64,000 nucleotides of DNA, from positions 33,154 to 97,153 of the IMG/VR virus record IMGVR_UViG_3300026557_000002. One strand, 5' to 3'. The stretch comes from a virus. The number at the start of each line of letters is the position of its first letter. Positions within the stretch are counted from its first letter, which is position 1. The position numbers were made by a program, and so were the translations under genes. The notes under the pieces are model-generated. The model saw nothing but the letters and a program-made list of their open reading frames with translations. It was not told where the DNA came from and did no database searches. Positions 47,121 to 56,042 of this stretch are shown piece by piece.

Positions 47121-48334
47121 TCAAGAACCTCAAACACTGTGCGAATTGTGTTCTTGATAACGAGCAAAACACTTCCGGGCTTCCCAGTCTTTGGATCCTT
47201 GAAGCGCTCTTTGATGCCTTCGTAGTCTTCAGCGAGAATCAGGGTGCGTGCATCAGCAAGGTTTTTACGGCTCTCAAACATTTTATCCGGCCGGGCCATG
47301 TTGTGGAGCTGCACGGCCCCTGAACTCCATCTTCCGCAACGACTTGACCCCATAAAGATAAACATATTGCGGAGACGACCATCAGGGGATACCTGTCTCA
47401 AAATCTTTGCTAGTTTGGTGTACGTGGTTGATGCGGCTTCTCGACGTTTAGTCAGAACGAGTCTACATTCTTCGGACAATACAATAGCGGGATCCTTCAA
47501 AACGGCGTCGACAAAATCTTTGCCTAAGGTATTATAAGGATATCCTCGTTCTTTCGCCCACGGCAAAAGCTGTTGTACGCTGTTTGAGTTCTCTAAACCT
47601 GTAATCTTGTCTTGGGCTGCGATAGCCTCTTCTTTGGCACGTACACCTAGCTTATGTGCCTTCTGGACAAATTCGACGTTCACAGGCATGCCGCGATCAT
47701 TCACGATCTGATCGAATATCCAAAGACGCTGTTCAAACGGAGGAAGTGGAAGAGCCTCGAGGATGATTTCTCTTCGTTCAACCTCCTCCTCAGCGATTAT
47801 GTCCTGCTTACAATAATCCGCAAATTCTGCGAACTCAACGGGATGGCTATTCCAGTCATTGAAGTACATCGTGGATTCGATGCCTTTTTTCTTCCTCGTC
47901 CACTTCGGTTCACAGAAAATCTTGATAAGCGCAGAGCCGCGCTTGTCTTTCATCAAGTTTTCAGGAAGGGTTAGAATTTCGCCTACCTCTTCGAGACTGG
48001 CTGGAAGGCTTAAATAACGGGCGCCTACTTGGGGGTCGCTAAATCGAGAGGGATGAACTAGTAGATCGCATTTGTATCTCAGAATATATCGTTCAAAGGC
48101 ACAATTAAAAGCAGATATGGTTACGCTCGGATCTAAAATCGCGGCTCTGAGTTCTGCTGACATCGGACCTAGGTGAGGAAACCAGATATCCACAACTTTG
48201 GATCCCGGCATCTTGTAGGCAAGCATTAATACCAGCGTAGACTTGTGTGTGGCGTAATTGTATAAGCCCACAGACTCCTGTCCACCGAGGATCAACTCAC
48301 TACGCGTCTCGAAATCGAGTCGCAAAGTCTTCAC
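47117..48334 (-). CDS. DNA polymerase family A, N-terminal 3'-5' exonuclease/thumb part
   Basis: LDFET, FNCAFER, YCKQD, GRWSS..VQLHN. Confidence 0.9.
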   Translation of the reverse strand: MKTLRLDFETRSELILGGQESVGLYNYATHKSTLVLMLAYKMPGSKVVDIWFPHLGPMSAELRAAILDPSVTISAFNCAFERYILRYKCDLLVHPSRFSDPQVGARYLSLPASLEEVGEILTLPENLMKDKRGSALIKIFCEPKWTRKKKGIESTMYFNDWNSHPVEFAEFADYCKQDIIAEEEVERREIILEALPLPPFEQRLWIFDQIVNDRGMPVNVEFVQKAHKLGVRAKEEAIAAQDKITGLENSNSVQQLLPWAKERGYPYNTLGKDFVDAVLKDPAIVLSEECRLVLTKRREAASTTYTKLAKILRQVSPDGRLRNMFIFMGSSRCGRWSSGAVQLHNMARPDKMFESRKNLADARTLILAEDYEGIKERFKDPKTGKPGSVLLVIKNTIRTVFEVLE

Positions 48335-49385
48335 TTCTTGACTCCGACGCTAGCGATTCGCTTATCCTGCAATTCCTTATAGGCTGGGTTCAATTCACAG
48401 CCGAGATACTGACGACCGTGTTGAAGCGCGACTTGGGCGGTGGTTCCGGAACCCATGAATGGATCGAAGACGATGTCGCCTGGGCGGCTACCCGCCAAGA
48501 TGCAGGGCTCAATCAAATCGGGCGGAAAGGTGGCAAAATGAGCGCCTTTAAACGGCTTGGTAGTTACATCCCAAACACTCCGCTTATTGGCTCCGCGCTC
48601 TAAATAATTTCCTTCGTCTTCGTTACCGGAGTGAATTCGTGTATTGTATCCTGCCTGTTTATTCCGGCCTCCGAAGCACGCCTTCATAGGTCCATTAGTC
48701 TTTCCTGGGACTCTCTCGCTACCCGCTTGCTGCTCTAGCGTCGGCTGCTCTAGACGTGCCTTGGTTGACGGCTTACATTCCGTTGCTATAGCGTCTCCAT
48801 CAAAGTAATACTTAGGTTGCTTAGTTAAAAGAAAAATATATTCGTGAGCCTTAGTGCAGCGATCTCGAACACTTTCTGGCATCGGGTTTCGTTTATACCA
48901 AATGATATCTTGTCTGAGATACCAACCGTCAGCCTGCAAAGCGAAAGCGACTCGCCACGGAATTCCAATCAACTCCTTAGGCTTTAAAAACGGATGCTTG
49001 TAGCTAGACGGCGGACGATCCCTGTTCTCATCCCACCCTCGACGCGGAAGATAGTCGCAATCTTTGGGACGCTGATTTGAAGATTTTTTATCTAACTCTG
49101 GACGATTACCTGCGTTACCCACGACCCCCAATAGCTGTCCCCTAAATTAAGCCAAAGCGTGCCGTCATCCGTGAGCAAGTCTCTAACTAGCCGAAGTGTG
49201 GAAACTAATTCGGAGACAAATAGCTCAGGAGTCTTCTCTTGACCCATCTGGCCATCTACACCATAATCTCTCAAGCCAAAATACGGCGGACTTGTAACAC
49301 AAGTCTGGACCTTGACGCCTTCCCAAATCCAGTGTTTCATCAATTCGCGGCAATCTCCGAATTCAATCAAGTTACTCATCATCAA
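48331..49385 (-). pseudogene. N4-C/N6-A DNA methyltransferase (beta class), frameshifted near 49118-49129
   Basis: TSPPY in 49092-49385 and HFATFP/DPFMGSGTT in 48331-49131; adding one G gives GDSYWGSWGNAG. Confidence 0.85.
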
Positions 49386-51384
49386 CGTCTCGCTTTCTCA
49401 GTAACTGAACATAGCACGGCTGTGACCTAGTACCAGGCCCGTCTTCGCGGATGATTCCGGCACCTGTCATGGCGTTGTAAGACTGCTTCCAGATGGTGAG
49501 CCCGTACTTACGGTAATCTACTGCAGCCTCAAGTTTACGCTTCTCCATCCGACCTTTGTTCATTTCCAGAATGCGGCTAACCTTGAGTTGGATCTCGCCT
49601 TCGCGGGTGACGGCTTCATAAGACTTCAGGTACTTCTTGACGGCGATTTCGTAATTAACGATAGCGCAAGCGCGCTCTACACACTCGCTATCTACCTGAT
49701 CTAGACCGAGATCGATAGCCAGACCCACCGCCCAACGCTCGGCTCGAGCAGCATACCTGGGTTCCTTTTTATTCAGTTCAACCAGCATAGGATGGTTGCG
49801 ATCCTCGAACTCGTAAACCTTTCTTTGGTCTACCGCGCGATCAATCAGTCTACGGGTCACCTGAGAATTCATAACGGTATTGACTTGCTGCTGCAGTCTA
49901 GGCTCTGGCAAAAATTCTGGCTGATAGACGAACATAAATCGATCATCCAAGCCAGTATCCGCTCCAGCGAGTTTTGACCACAATTCTGGAAACTTCTTAT
50001 CAGTTGTACACGCGATCAGACTGGCACAATACGTATCCGGATCAATCGAGTACGTTTCTTTCGCGGCCTTGACGGAGTTAGAGAATTTTCCGCTCTCGTA
50101 CATCGTAAGCAGGGCGGAGGAGAGTGCGCTTGAATCAATATTTGTTTTGGATACCAGCGTCGAGAGCTCATCGTAAAAAAGTACAGAATTTTTGCAATTT
50201 GTCCGAGCCATATCGAGACCGAGACCTTCCGGAGATCCGGCGGTCCACACCAACATTCGGCCTTCCGCAGCCTTGGTGTCTTTTCCGGCTTGCTGCAAAA
50301 GGCCGCAATAATTGAAATAGTTCTGCGCATCCTTGACGGAATCCGACTTATGTGCCTTGCCTTTCTGGCCGATCAAGACTAAATAAAGCGCACCCCTGAA
50401 CGGAAACTCTCCTCCGAAACCTTTGATCTTAATCTTCGGGCCAACGTAATTAAGAAGAAGTTGCATCGCGGGTAGCCACATGAAATATGGTATTCGTTCA
50501 TTCAAATCGCAAACAGGCTTGACGAGTTGTTCATAAATACTGGTTCCGGCCATCACCCATGCAGGCCAACGAGGATAGGGCTCATCTTCGAAGTCAGGAA
50601 GTTCTTCCGGATCGCATTGTTGAGCAGGCTGTGGAGTCTGGTTAAGTGTCAACTCGACTTGAGGCTGACCTGGGGGCCAATTGATGGATTGTGCCATCTG
50701 CCGAACCTTAGACTCGTCGAGCGGCGGCGCACAATTCGCGTGGGCGATCTCAAGTAAGGCAGCCTCAATCAATTCGATGCTTAAGCCTTGGCCTCGAAGA
50801 CGACCCGCTTGCTGTAAAAGATAATTATGAATCTGGCCGTGCATCACCAGATTGTGTTCGTCGCGCTCAAATGTTTGCTGCTGCTTTTTGCTCGGACGCA
50901 GGCGATCAAGAAGATCCAAAGGAAGCGGCGCGATTGGCGCTTTGACACGAACTAGATATTCCGGCCCATCTGGGTGAAGCGAAAAAGGACCAAGGACGTA
51001 CCCTCCCGCAGTCTTGATTTCACCAATATGGATATGATTGAAAAACATATTGGTTTGCTGACTCGCACCGGAGAAGTACACATGCGTCCCGCGGCTAGTT
51101 GAGACTTGAAGGGTTTCAGGCAGGTTTAATTCGGGCGGAGGAAGGCCTTTATCGAAGTCCAGAACCGTGAGATTGGAGCGGCCCAAATCTATTCCAACAT
51201 TATTTTTTGGTTTTTTGGACCACCACTCGCGAACTATATCGGGGTCATTTGTAGCGCTCTTGAACCCGTTTGGGGCAAACTCATTATCAGGCTGTTTTGA
51301 TTTTTCTCCTAAGGGGAATACGTACCAGCCTTTCTCAACGCAGGTAAGGGCAGATACCAATTGATTAGACTGAGCGTTTTCCAT
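49372..51384 (-). CDS. Primase-polymerase (AEP) + PriCT + DUF3987-like helicase domain
   Basis: GWYVFPL, GFKSAT, NVGI, LDFD, GTHVYF, GGYV; PPLDESKV; FYDELS, GLDDRF. Confidence 0.85.
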   Translation of the reverse strand: MENAQSNQLVSALTCVEKGWYVFPLGEKSKQPDNEFAPNGFKSATNDPDIVREWWSKKPKNNVGIDLGRSNLTVLDFDKGLPPPELNLPETLQVSTSRGTHVYFSGASQQTNMFFNHIHIGEIKTAGGYVLGPFSLHPDGPEYLVRVKAPIAPLPLDLLDRLRPSKKQQQTFERDEHNLVMHGQIHNYLLQQAGRLRGQGLSIELIEAALLEIAHANCAPPLDESKVRQMAQSINWPPGQPQVELTLNQTPQPAQQCDPEELPDFEDEPYPRWPAWVMAGTSIYEQLVKPVCDLNERIPYFMWLPAMQLLLNYVGPKIKIKGFGGEFPFRGALYLVLIGQKGKAHKSDSVKDAQNYFNYCGLLQQAGKDTKAAEGRMLVWTAGSPEGLGLDMARTNCKNSVLFYDELSTLVSKTNIDSSALSSALLTMYESGKFSNSVKAAKETYSIDPDTYCASLIACTTDKKFPELWSKLAGADTGLDDRFMFVYQPEFLPEPRLQQQVNTVMNSQVTRRLIDRAVDQRKVYEFEDRNHPMLVELNKKEPRYAARAERWAVGLAIDLGLDQVDSECVERACAIVNYEIAVKKYLKSYEAVTREGEIQLKVSRILEMNKGRMEKRKLEAAVDYRKYGLTIWKQSYNAMTGAGIIREDGPGTRSQPCYVQLLRKRDVDDE

Positions 51385-51395
51385 CTGTCCTCTGA

Positions 51396-51424
51396 AGTTT
51401 ATCCGATCTCTGACCGGAAGTCAA
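51396..51424 (-). promoter_or_regulatory. sigma70-like promoter
   Basis: TTGACT-N17-TAAACT upstream of the primase. Confidence 0.6.
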
Positions 51425-51452
51425 GCCTAGTGCGTCGGCTTTCACGTTGAGG

Positions 51453-52142
51453 TTAGAATGCGCGGGTATTAGGAGGAGCTCCGGGAGGTACATTAGACGG
51501 CACCGGAAATCCAGGTTGTGCGGGCGGTTGGAAGGTCGGCTGAGCCGGCGGTTGATATTGCGGTGCCGGAGGCTGTTGTGCGGGTTGCTGCGGTGGCGCC
51601 GCATATGTTAGTTGCTGAGACTGCTGCGATTGTGCGGCCGCTTGCGGAGTCGCGTACGTCTGTTGGCCATTGATGGTCTTGGGGCGGTTGATTTCGCGAA
51701 CGTAGTTTGACGGAACTACCGGCGGACGCTGGCCAGGCATAATCGGAGAGTGACCCGCAATATTGGTGTAAGGATCCGCAGGATTCTTTTCGTTTGCGGC
51801 CTTTACCAAGAACAGGTTTGCGCTGCGGCCGATTAAAAGCTGAGCCATCTGCTCTGTTGAGTTCATGACCGGGGGCATTGAATTCAGGATCTGAACCAAA
51901 GCCTTGGTCAACTTTGAGCTGTCCGTCAAGATGGCATTATAGAACTCCGCCACTGTCAACGGCCCGCCCTTAGAATCAAGAACGGCGTTACCGTTAAGAT
52001 CGGCTAAAATCCAGTCAATCCTGACTTTGTTCTGGGGACCATAAGCGGATGGGCGATTAGGCATGTCAACAACGTCTACGATGGTGCCGAGAAATGGACC
52101 GCCCGGGGCTCGTTCTCGTGGTGCTGGTTTTGTAAACTCCAT
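51453..52142 (-). CDS. Putative single-stranded DNA-binding protein
   Basis: OB-like N-terminal domain, Pro/Gln-rich tail ending in F; AAGGAG RBS; replication context. Confidence 0.6.
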   Translation of the reverse strand: MEFTKPAPRERAPGGPFLGTIVDVVDMPNRPSAYGPQNKVRIDWILADLNGNAVLDSKGGPLTVAEFYNAILTDSSKLTKALVQILNSMPPVMNSTEQMAQLLIGRSANLFLVKAANEKNPADPYTNIAGHSPIMPGQRPPVVPSNYVREINRPKTINGQQTYATPQAAAQSQQSQQLTYAAPPQQPAQQPPAPQYQPPAQPTFQPPAQPGFPVPSNVPPGAPPNTRAF

Positions 52143-52215
52143 ATATCTCCTTAGTTTTTTCCTTTTCGTTAGTTTTGGATTTTACTACTTTATTGCATTC
52201 GCTTTCGCGAAACTC

Positions 52216-52407
52216 TTAGTCGTTCTTCAATACGCCTTGGATTTCTGTTGAGCCGTCAGCGTATTCGCCGTTCACGGTGACAAAATCGTCGTTCTTGAGT
52301 TCTTTGGCTTTCTCCAAAGCCTCTTCTAGGCTGGCCGCTCGGATATTGAGGATTACTTGCCGATAGCATTTTGCCCAAACCCCGTACTCTGTTTGTTTCT
52401 TTACCAT
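52216..52407 (-). CDS. Hypothetical protein
   Basis: AAGGAG RBS; AASLEEALEKA motif. Confidence 0.65.
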   Translation of the reverse strand: MVKKQTEYGVWAKCYRQVILNIRAASLEEALEKAKELKNDDFVTVNGEYADGSTEIQGVLKND

Positions 52408-52416
52408 TTTGTCTCC

Positions 52417-53139
52417 TTATAGTGCTAAAAGTTCTTCGGCGACTTGCTTATCTATAATAGATAGGGCGAAGGTCGCGTTCTTTTTGAGTTGCTCCAAATC
52501 CATTTCCTTTACGGCTTTGAACCAGAGTTTTCTCTCAGGATTCCACCTAAATTGGAGTTTCTTGACTAAATCGTTCTCATGTCGGCTCTGATGGCTTTGA
52601 ACCACGACGGTTGGGGACTTGGCTCTCTCAACGATTTGATCGAAGTCGTAATATGTAGCCAACTTGAGCGTAGCCTTTGCGTCGTCTTCGGCTGAGTGTT
52701 GATGCGGGTTCACGAATCCCTTTTTCGCGCACATGGTAATCAATTGCTCGCCTTTGGTCTGAGGCAGATCGGTCATGGTGTCGATCCACAGTTTGGAGGG
52801 CAACTCGCACAAAAACCTGTGCGCGGTATTATCGGTGATCGGTTTATCGAAGCGGATCACGTTATGGCCCATGATGGCATCTGCTTGACTCATCCAGTCC
52901 ATGATGTCATTTAGGGCTGCGGATGGTTCGTATCCAAATCTGTCCAGAGCTTCTTGAGTGATGTGCGTCAGATCTGTAATCTCAGGTGTGACGGGGACTC
53001 CGTCTGACTGAACCAAGAATCCTGTACTCTCTAAGATCTTGTTCTGGCCAGTGGAGTAAAGAACTAGGCCGACTTCGATCATGCGATCCTTTTGTTTATC
53101 AAGGCCAGTCGTCTCGATGTCATATCCGAGTATAATCAA
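52417..53139 (-). CDS. DEDDh 3'-5' exonuclease (DnaQ-like)
   Basis: DIETTG, HN..FD, HSAEDD; C-terminal FRWNPERKLW domain. Confidence 0.92.
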   Translation of the reverse strand: MIILGYDIETTGLDKQKDRMIEVGLVLYSTGQNKILESTGFLVQSDGVPVTPEITDLTHITQEALDRFGYEPSAALNDIMDWMSQADAIMGHNVIRFDKPITDNTAHRFLCELPSKLWIDTMTDLPQTKGEQLITMCAKKGFVNPHQHSAEDDAKATLKLATYYDFDQIVERAKSPTVVVQSHQSRHENDLVKKLQFRWNPERKLWFKAVKEMDLEQLKKNATFALSIIDKQVAEELLAL

Positions 53140-53516
53140 TGTCTCACCAATTCTTTCCCGCTCGTCAAAAATACTTTGCCCTCTTGGTCAACCATCGGAA
53201 TCTCCGCAGATAACATCTGGAAGTCTGCAGTGATGTGCGTAATCATGTGCAGCGGGACGAACATCCGGTCAAAGATCTCAAGTTTCTTGGCGTCTAGCAA
53301 CTCATCAGGATTCTTGCGAATCCACATACCTGTGAGCCGCAGATACTTCGTTATCTCGTCGTTGATGCTCTTGAAGACACCTTGAGAGTTCTCGGCTTGG
53401 ATATAGGTGTCCTCGCGCACCTGCTGAGGGAAACCTTTGGGAAAGTCCTTAGAAACCTCCCTCGGACGCTTGTTCTCGTCGATGTGGCCTGTAATGCGGA
53501 TCATGTAATCAGGCAC
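53136..53516 (-). CDS. Hypothetical protein
   Basis: ORF track; overlaps. Confidence 0.55.
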   Translation of the reverse strand: MPDYMIRITGHIDENKRPREVSKDFPKGFPQQVREDTYIQAENSQGVFKSINDEITKYLRLTGMWIRKNPDELLDAKKLEIFDRMFVPLHMITHITADFQMLSAEIPMVDQEGKVFLTSGKELVRH

Positions 53517-53718
53517 GGGCTTTTACCTTTTGAATCGGAGACGGACCTTTCCAACCTGTGGCCGTATTAACGGCTTGAAGGATTGCTTCGACATCAAATC
53601 GGTACCCTAATTTATCAAGTTTTTTAACAAATTTTTGATTACTCATCATTGATATGACAAAAGGTATAGTTCTGAGAAATTCTTGTCTGGCAACTTTTTC
53701 GACTTTTGTTTTAGACAT
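53509..53718 (-). CDS. Hypothetical protein
   Basis: ORF track. Confidence 0.5.
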   Translation of the reverse strand: MSKTKVEKVARQEFLRTIPFVISMMSNQKFVKKLDKLGYRFDVEAILQAVNTATGWKGPSPIQKVKARA

Positions 53719-53720
53719 AA

Positions 53721-54089
53721 TTATCCAATGATACCAGGCTGGCCGGACTTGAGTGCGGCTGTAGCCTTCTCGGCTGCTGCTGCGACGGCGGCGGCTTGGG
53801 CTACGGACGCAGATGATGCGACGCCGGAGATGATCTTCTTGGGTTCGGGTACGTTATGTACGCCGGTTCCGGCCGCTGTTATCTCGCATTCGTCTCCGCA
53901 ATACAAGAATGCTTGCGGGCGTTGCTGACCAGGCGCGGGGACTAGGTTTTGGACAATGCGCGCCGTCTTGATGACCCAAGAGTTTTCAGGCTTGCTGAGT
54001 TCTTCTTGCTCGTTGACGCCGGCGTAAGTGATGGTTTTCTTGCAAGAATCACATGTCACGGTACTGAATTGCGTATTAGTAACTGGCAT
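53721..54089 (-). CDS. Hypothetical protein with CxxC motifs
   Basis: AAGGAG RBS; CDSC...CGDEC. Confidence 0.6.
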   Translation of the reverse strand: MPVTNTQFSTVTCDSCKKTITYAGVNEQEELSKPENSWVIKTARIVQNLVPAPGQQRPQAFLYCGDECEITAAGTGVHNVPEPKKIISGVASSASVAQAAAVAAAAEKATAALKSGQPGIIG

Positions 54090-54603
54090 TGCTATTCTCC
54101 TTTAAGTACTCAAAAAATTCACTTCTGCTAAGAAAAATCTCTGTCGAAAAATTATGCATTACATCAATTCGAGTAGGTTCATCTTCAAAAACAATGAATC
54201 CCGGTTTGCCTTTGCCGATTGTATATCCTAATTCGAGATGCGCGCTCTTACCTGCGGGCATGAGCATTACTGCGGCGTCACAACGGTCCAGATGCTTAAC
54301 ATCAAAAGCATAAACGTGCTGAGCTGCATAACTATTGAGAATCTGTTTATAATTGCGACCGCGAGCCTTAGAGTACTCAAGAAGAAAGGAATCTGCGGGC
54401 GGGCCTGGCGCTTTCCAATCTGAAAAAGCCTCGTAGCCTAGTGCTTCCAGTTCATTCGAGAATGACGCAATTTGTTCATTAGCGAGTGCGCCGATTACGT
54501 AAAAAGATTTAATCGGCTTTTTGTAATATTTAGAAGCGGGGATTATTTCCATCTCAAAATGCCCGCCCGGAATCCAAGTAAATTTAGTACCGCCTGAACT
54601 CAT
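54076..54603 (-). CDS. Nucleoside 2-deoxyribosyltransferase-like protein
   Basis: DVKHLDRCDAAVML.PAGKSAHLELGY..GKGKP; ATGA-coupled start. Confidence 0.8.
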   Translation of the reverse strand: MSSGGTKFTWIPGGHFEMEIIPASKYYKKPIKSFYVIGALANEQIASFSNELEALGYEAFSDWKAPGPPADSFLLEYSKARGRNYKQILNSYAAQHVYAFDVKHLDRCDAAVMLMPAGKSAHLELGYTIGKGKPGFIVFEDEPTRIDVMHNFSTEIFLSRSEFFEYLKENSNASY

Positions 54604-54791
54604 GGCAACACGACCAATCCCTGAACCTTGTGAGACCACTTTAGGATCACGTAGGTATCCCCATTCCACTCGTTAGCTTTATAGTACTCAACAATCTCTT
54701 TGTTCGCTTGCAAGAAATACCATATACTCGTAACCTCTTGCTGAGTCAGTGATGACTTCGGAACATTTTTCAGCAGTTCAGGAAGATTCAT
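54600..54791 (-). CDS. Hypothetical protein
   Basis: ATGA overlaps on both sides. Confidence 0.55.
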   Translation of the reverse strand: MNLPELLKNVPKSSLTQQEVTSIWYFLQANKEIVEYYKANEWNGDTYVILKWSHKVQGLVVLP

Positions 54792-55318
54792 TTCAGTTGA
54801 TAGAATCTTTCCAAAAATAGCCGCTTGTTATCCGCGAATGAGGTCTCAACGATCTTTACATCCGCAGGCTTATCCAAGTCCGACCATTTGTAATCCCATT
54901 CGACGCCGAACATCAACTGTTCTTTTTCTGCATACAGCATGGCGTTATCGATCACCTTGACTTGCGGCGGATCGACGCGACTGATCCCGAACACATCGCA
55001 AATAACACCTTGGAGCCTTGATTCAACCTTTCTGTACTCGTCTCCGACTACCGAAAAATGTTTCAGCGGTCGCGTAACGTCGCCGATAAAGCTTTCGCTA
55101 GCGTCGTGGAGCAAAAAATCTAGTGCGAACTCGTCTTCTATGATGTAGCTGCCAAGTCTGCAATGCTGACTGACAGGATATGGAAATCTACAATGGCCGG
55201 CAAATCTGTTGACTTGAGAACCTGCGTGAGCGATGTCCTCGATCCGAATCATATCTGGCTGCGGATCAAGAACGTCAAACTTGACGCCGGTTGCCGTTTC
55301 TATCCAAGCTTGACTCAT
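54788..55318 (-). CDS. HD-domain phosphohydrolase (YfbR/YfdR-like)
   Basis: IEDIAH, RFAGH, QH, LLHDASE..GD..RPLK. Confidence 0.9.
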   Translation of the reverse strand: MSQAWIETATGVKFDVLDPQPDMIRIEDIAHAGSQVNRFAGHCRFPYPVSQHCRLGSYIIEDEFALDFLLHDASESFIGDVTRPLKHFSVVGDEYRKVESRLQGVICDVFGISRVDPPQVKVIDNAMLYAEKEQLMFGVEWDYKWSDLDKPADVKIVETSFADNKRLFLERFYQLK

Positions 55319-55872
55319 TAAGCCTTCAATCCTCGGTAATACTCCGTTAATGTAATCGCGTATTCGGCGGTCAATGCTGCGTCTTTGCTTTTTATATAGG
55401 CATCAAAATTATAGCTGTCTAGCTGAACCTCGCTGATAAAATTCGGATCCCGATCCCCCGAGATGAATTGCGATCCATCTAGATTTAACCTGGTAACTTG
55501 TACAGTCCGACCGCCCTTGCTCTTGACCCAATCAGCCTCGTTCGTGTACCGCATATCAGTCAGAACCGCGACGCCTTTAAAGCCGGCCATTGATTGTTCT
55601 AGCTTATTGATCCAATAATTAAGGCCGTATTCGTTTCTGCGACCTTCTCCGACTTGTTGTAACAAGCGAGCATCCTTGCCCACCATGCCGTATTCTTCAC
55701 GGCATACCTTGTACAAGGCGTCTGCAAACTTGAAGATCCGGGCTTCAGGAACCGTGAACGGGAGATCATGTTCTGCTTGGATGTCGCGTTTGCGGTTATA
55801 ATAATCACAAATCGCGAGGCCCGCAGTATCTTTTCCTTGACGCGCTTTATTTCCTAGCCCAAATAATATCAC
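55318..55872 (-). CDS. Deoxynucleoside monophosphate kinase
   Basis: G.KARQGKDT, FADAL, LLQQVG, TDMRYTNE, SE..LD. Confidence 0.9.
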   Translation of the reverse strand: MILFGLGNKARQGKDTAGLAICDYYNRKRDIQAEHDLPFTVPEARIFKFADALYKVCREEYGMVGKDARLLQQVGEGRRNEYGLNYWINKLEQSMAGFKGVAVLTDMRYTNEADWVKSKGGRTVQVTRLNLDGSQFISGDRDPNFISEVQLDSYNFDAYIKSKDAALTAEYAITLTEYYRGLKA

Positions 55873-56042
55873 TTGACCACCGCCAATTGCTTGACATCGT
55901 TTGATGCGTGCTCTGCGAATCCCATCGGGCCGCCTTTATCAAACTTGACGGCTACATTCAGTGATCCGCTTTTGCCTTCGAGGACGTTTACGACGACGCC
56001 AGAACCGTAGATTTTATGTTCGACGCGATTTCCTATTTTCAT
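55869..56042 (-). CDS. 57-aa Tudor-like protein resembling the PcrA/UvrD C-terminal domain
   Basis: KIGNRVEHKIYGSGVVVNVLEG...VAVKF; coupled overlaps on both sides. Confidence 0.6.
   Translation of the reverse strand: MKIGNRVEHKIYGSGVVVNVLEGKSGSLNVAVKFDKGGPMGFAEHASNDVKQLAVVK

Noticed and set aside
47100-47140. Intron or intein at the polymerase split
   Set aside because: No intervening sequence; the halves are colinear and overlap by 4 nt
21497-55318. 2-aminoadenine (Z-genome) system suggested by MazG, HD hydrolase and PolA
   Set aside because: No PurZ in the window, and these enzymes are common in ordinary phages
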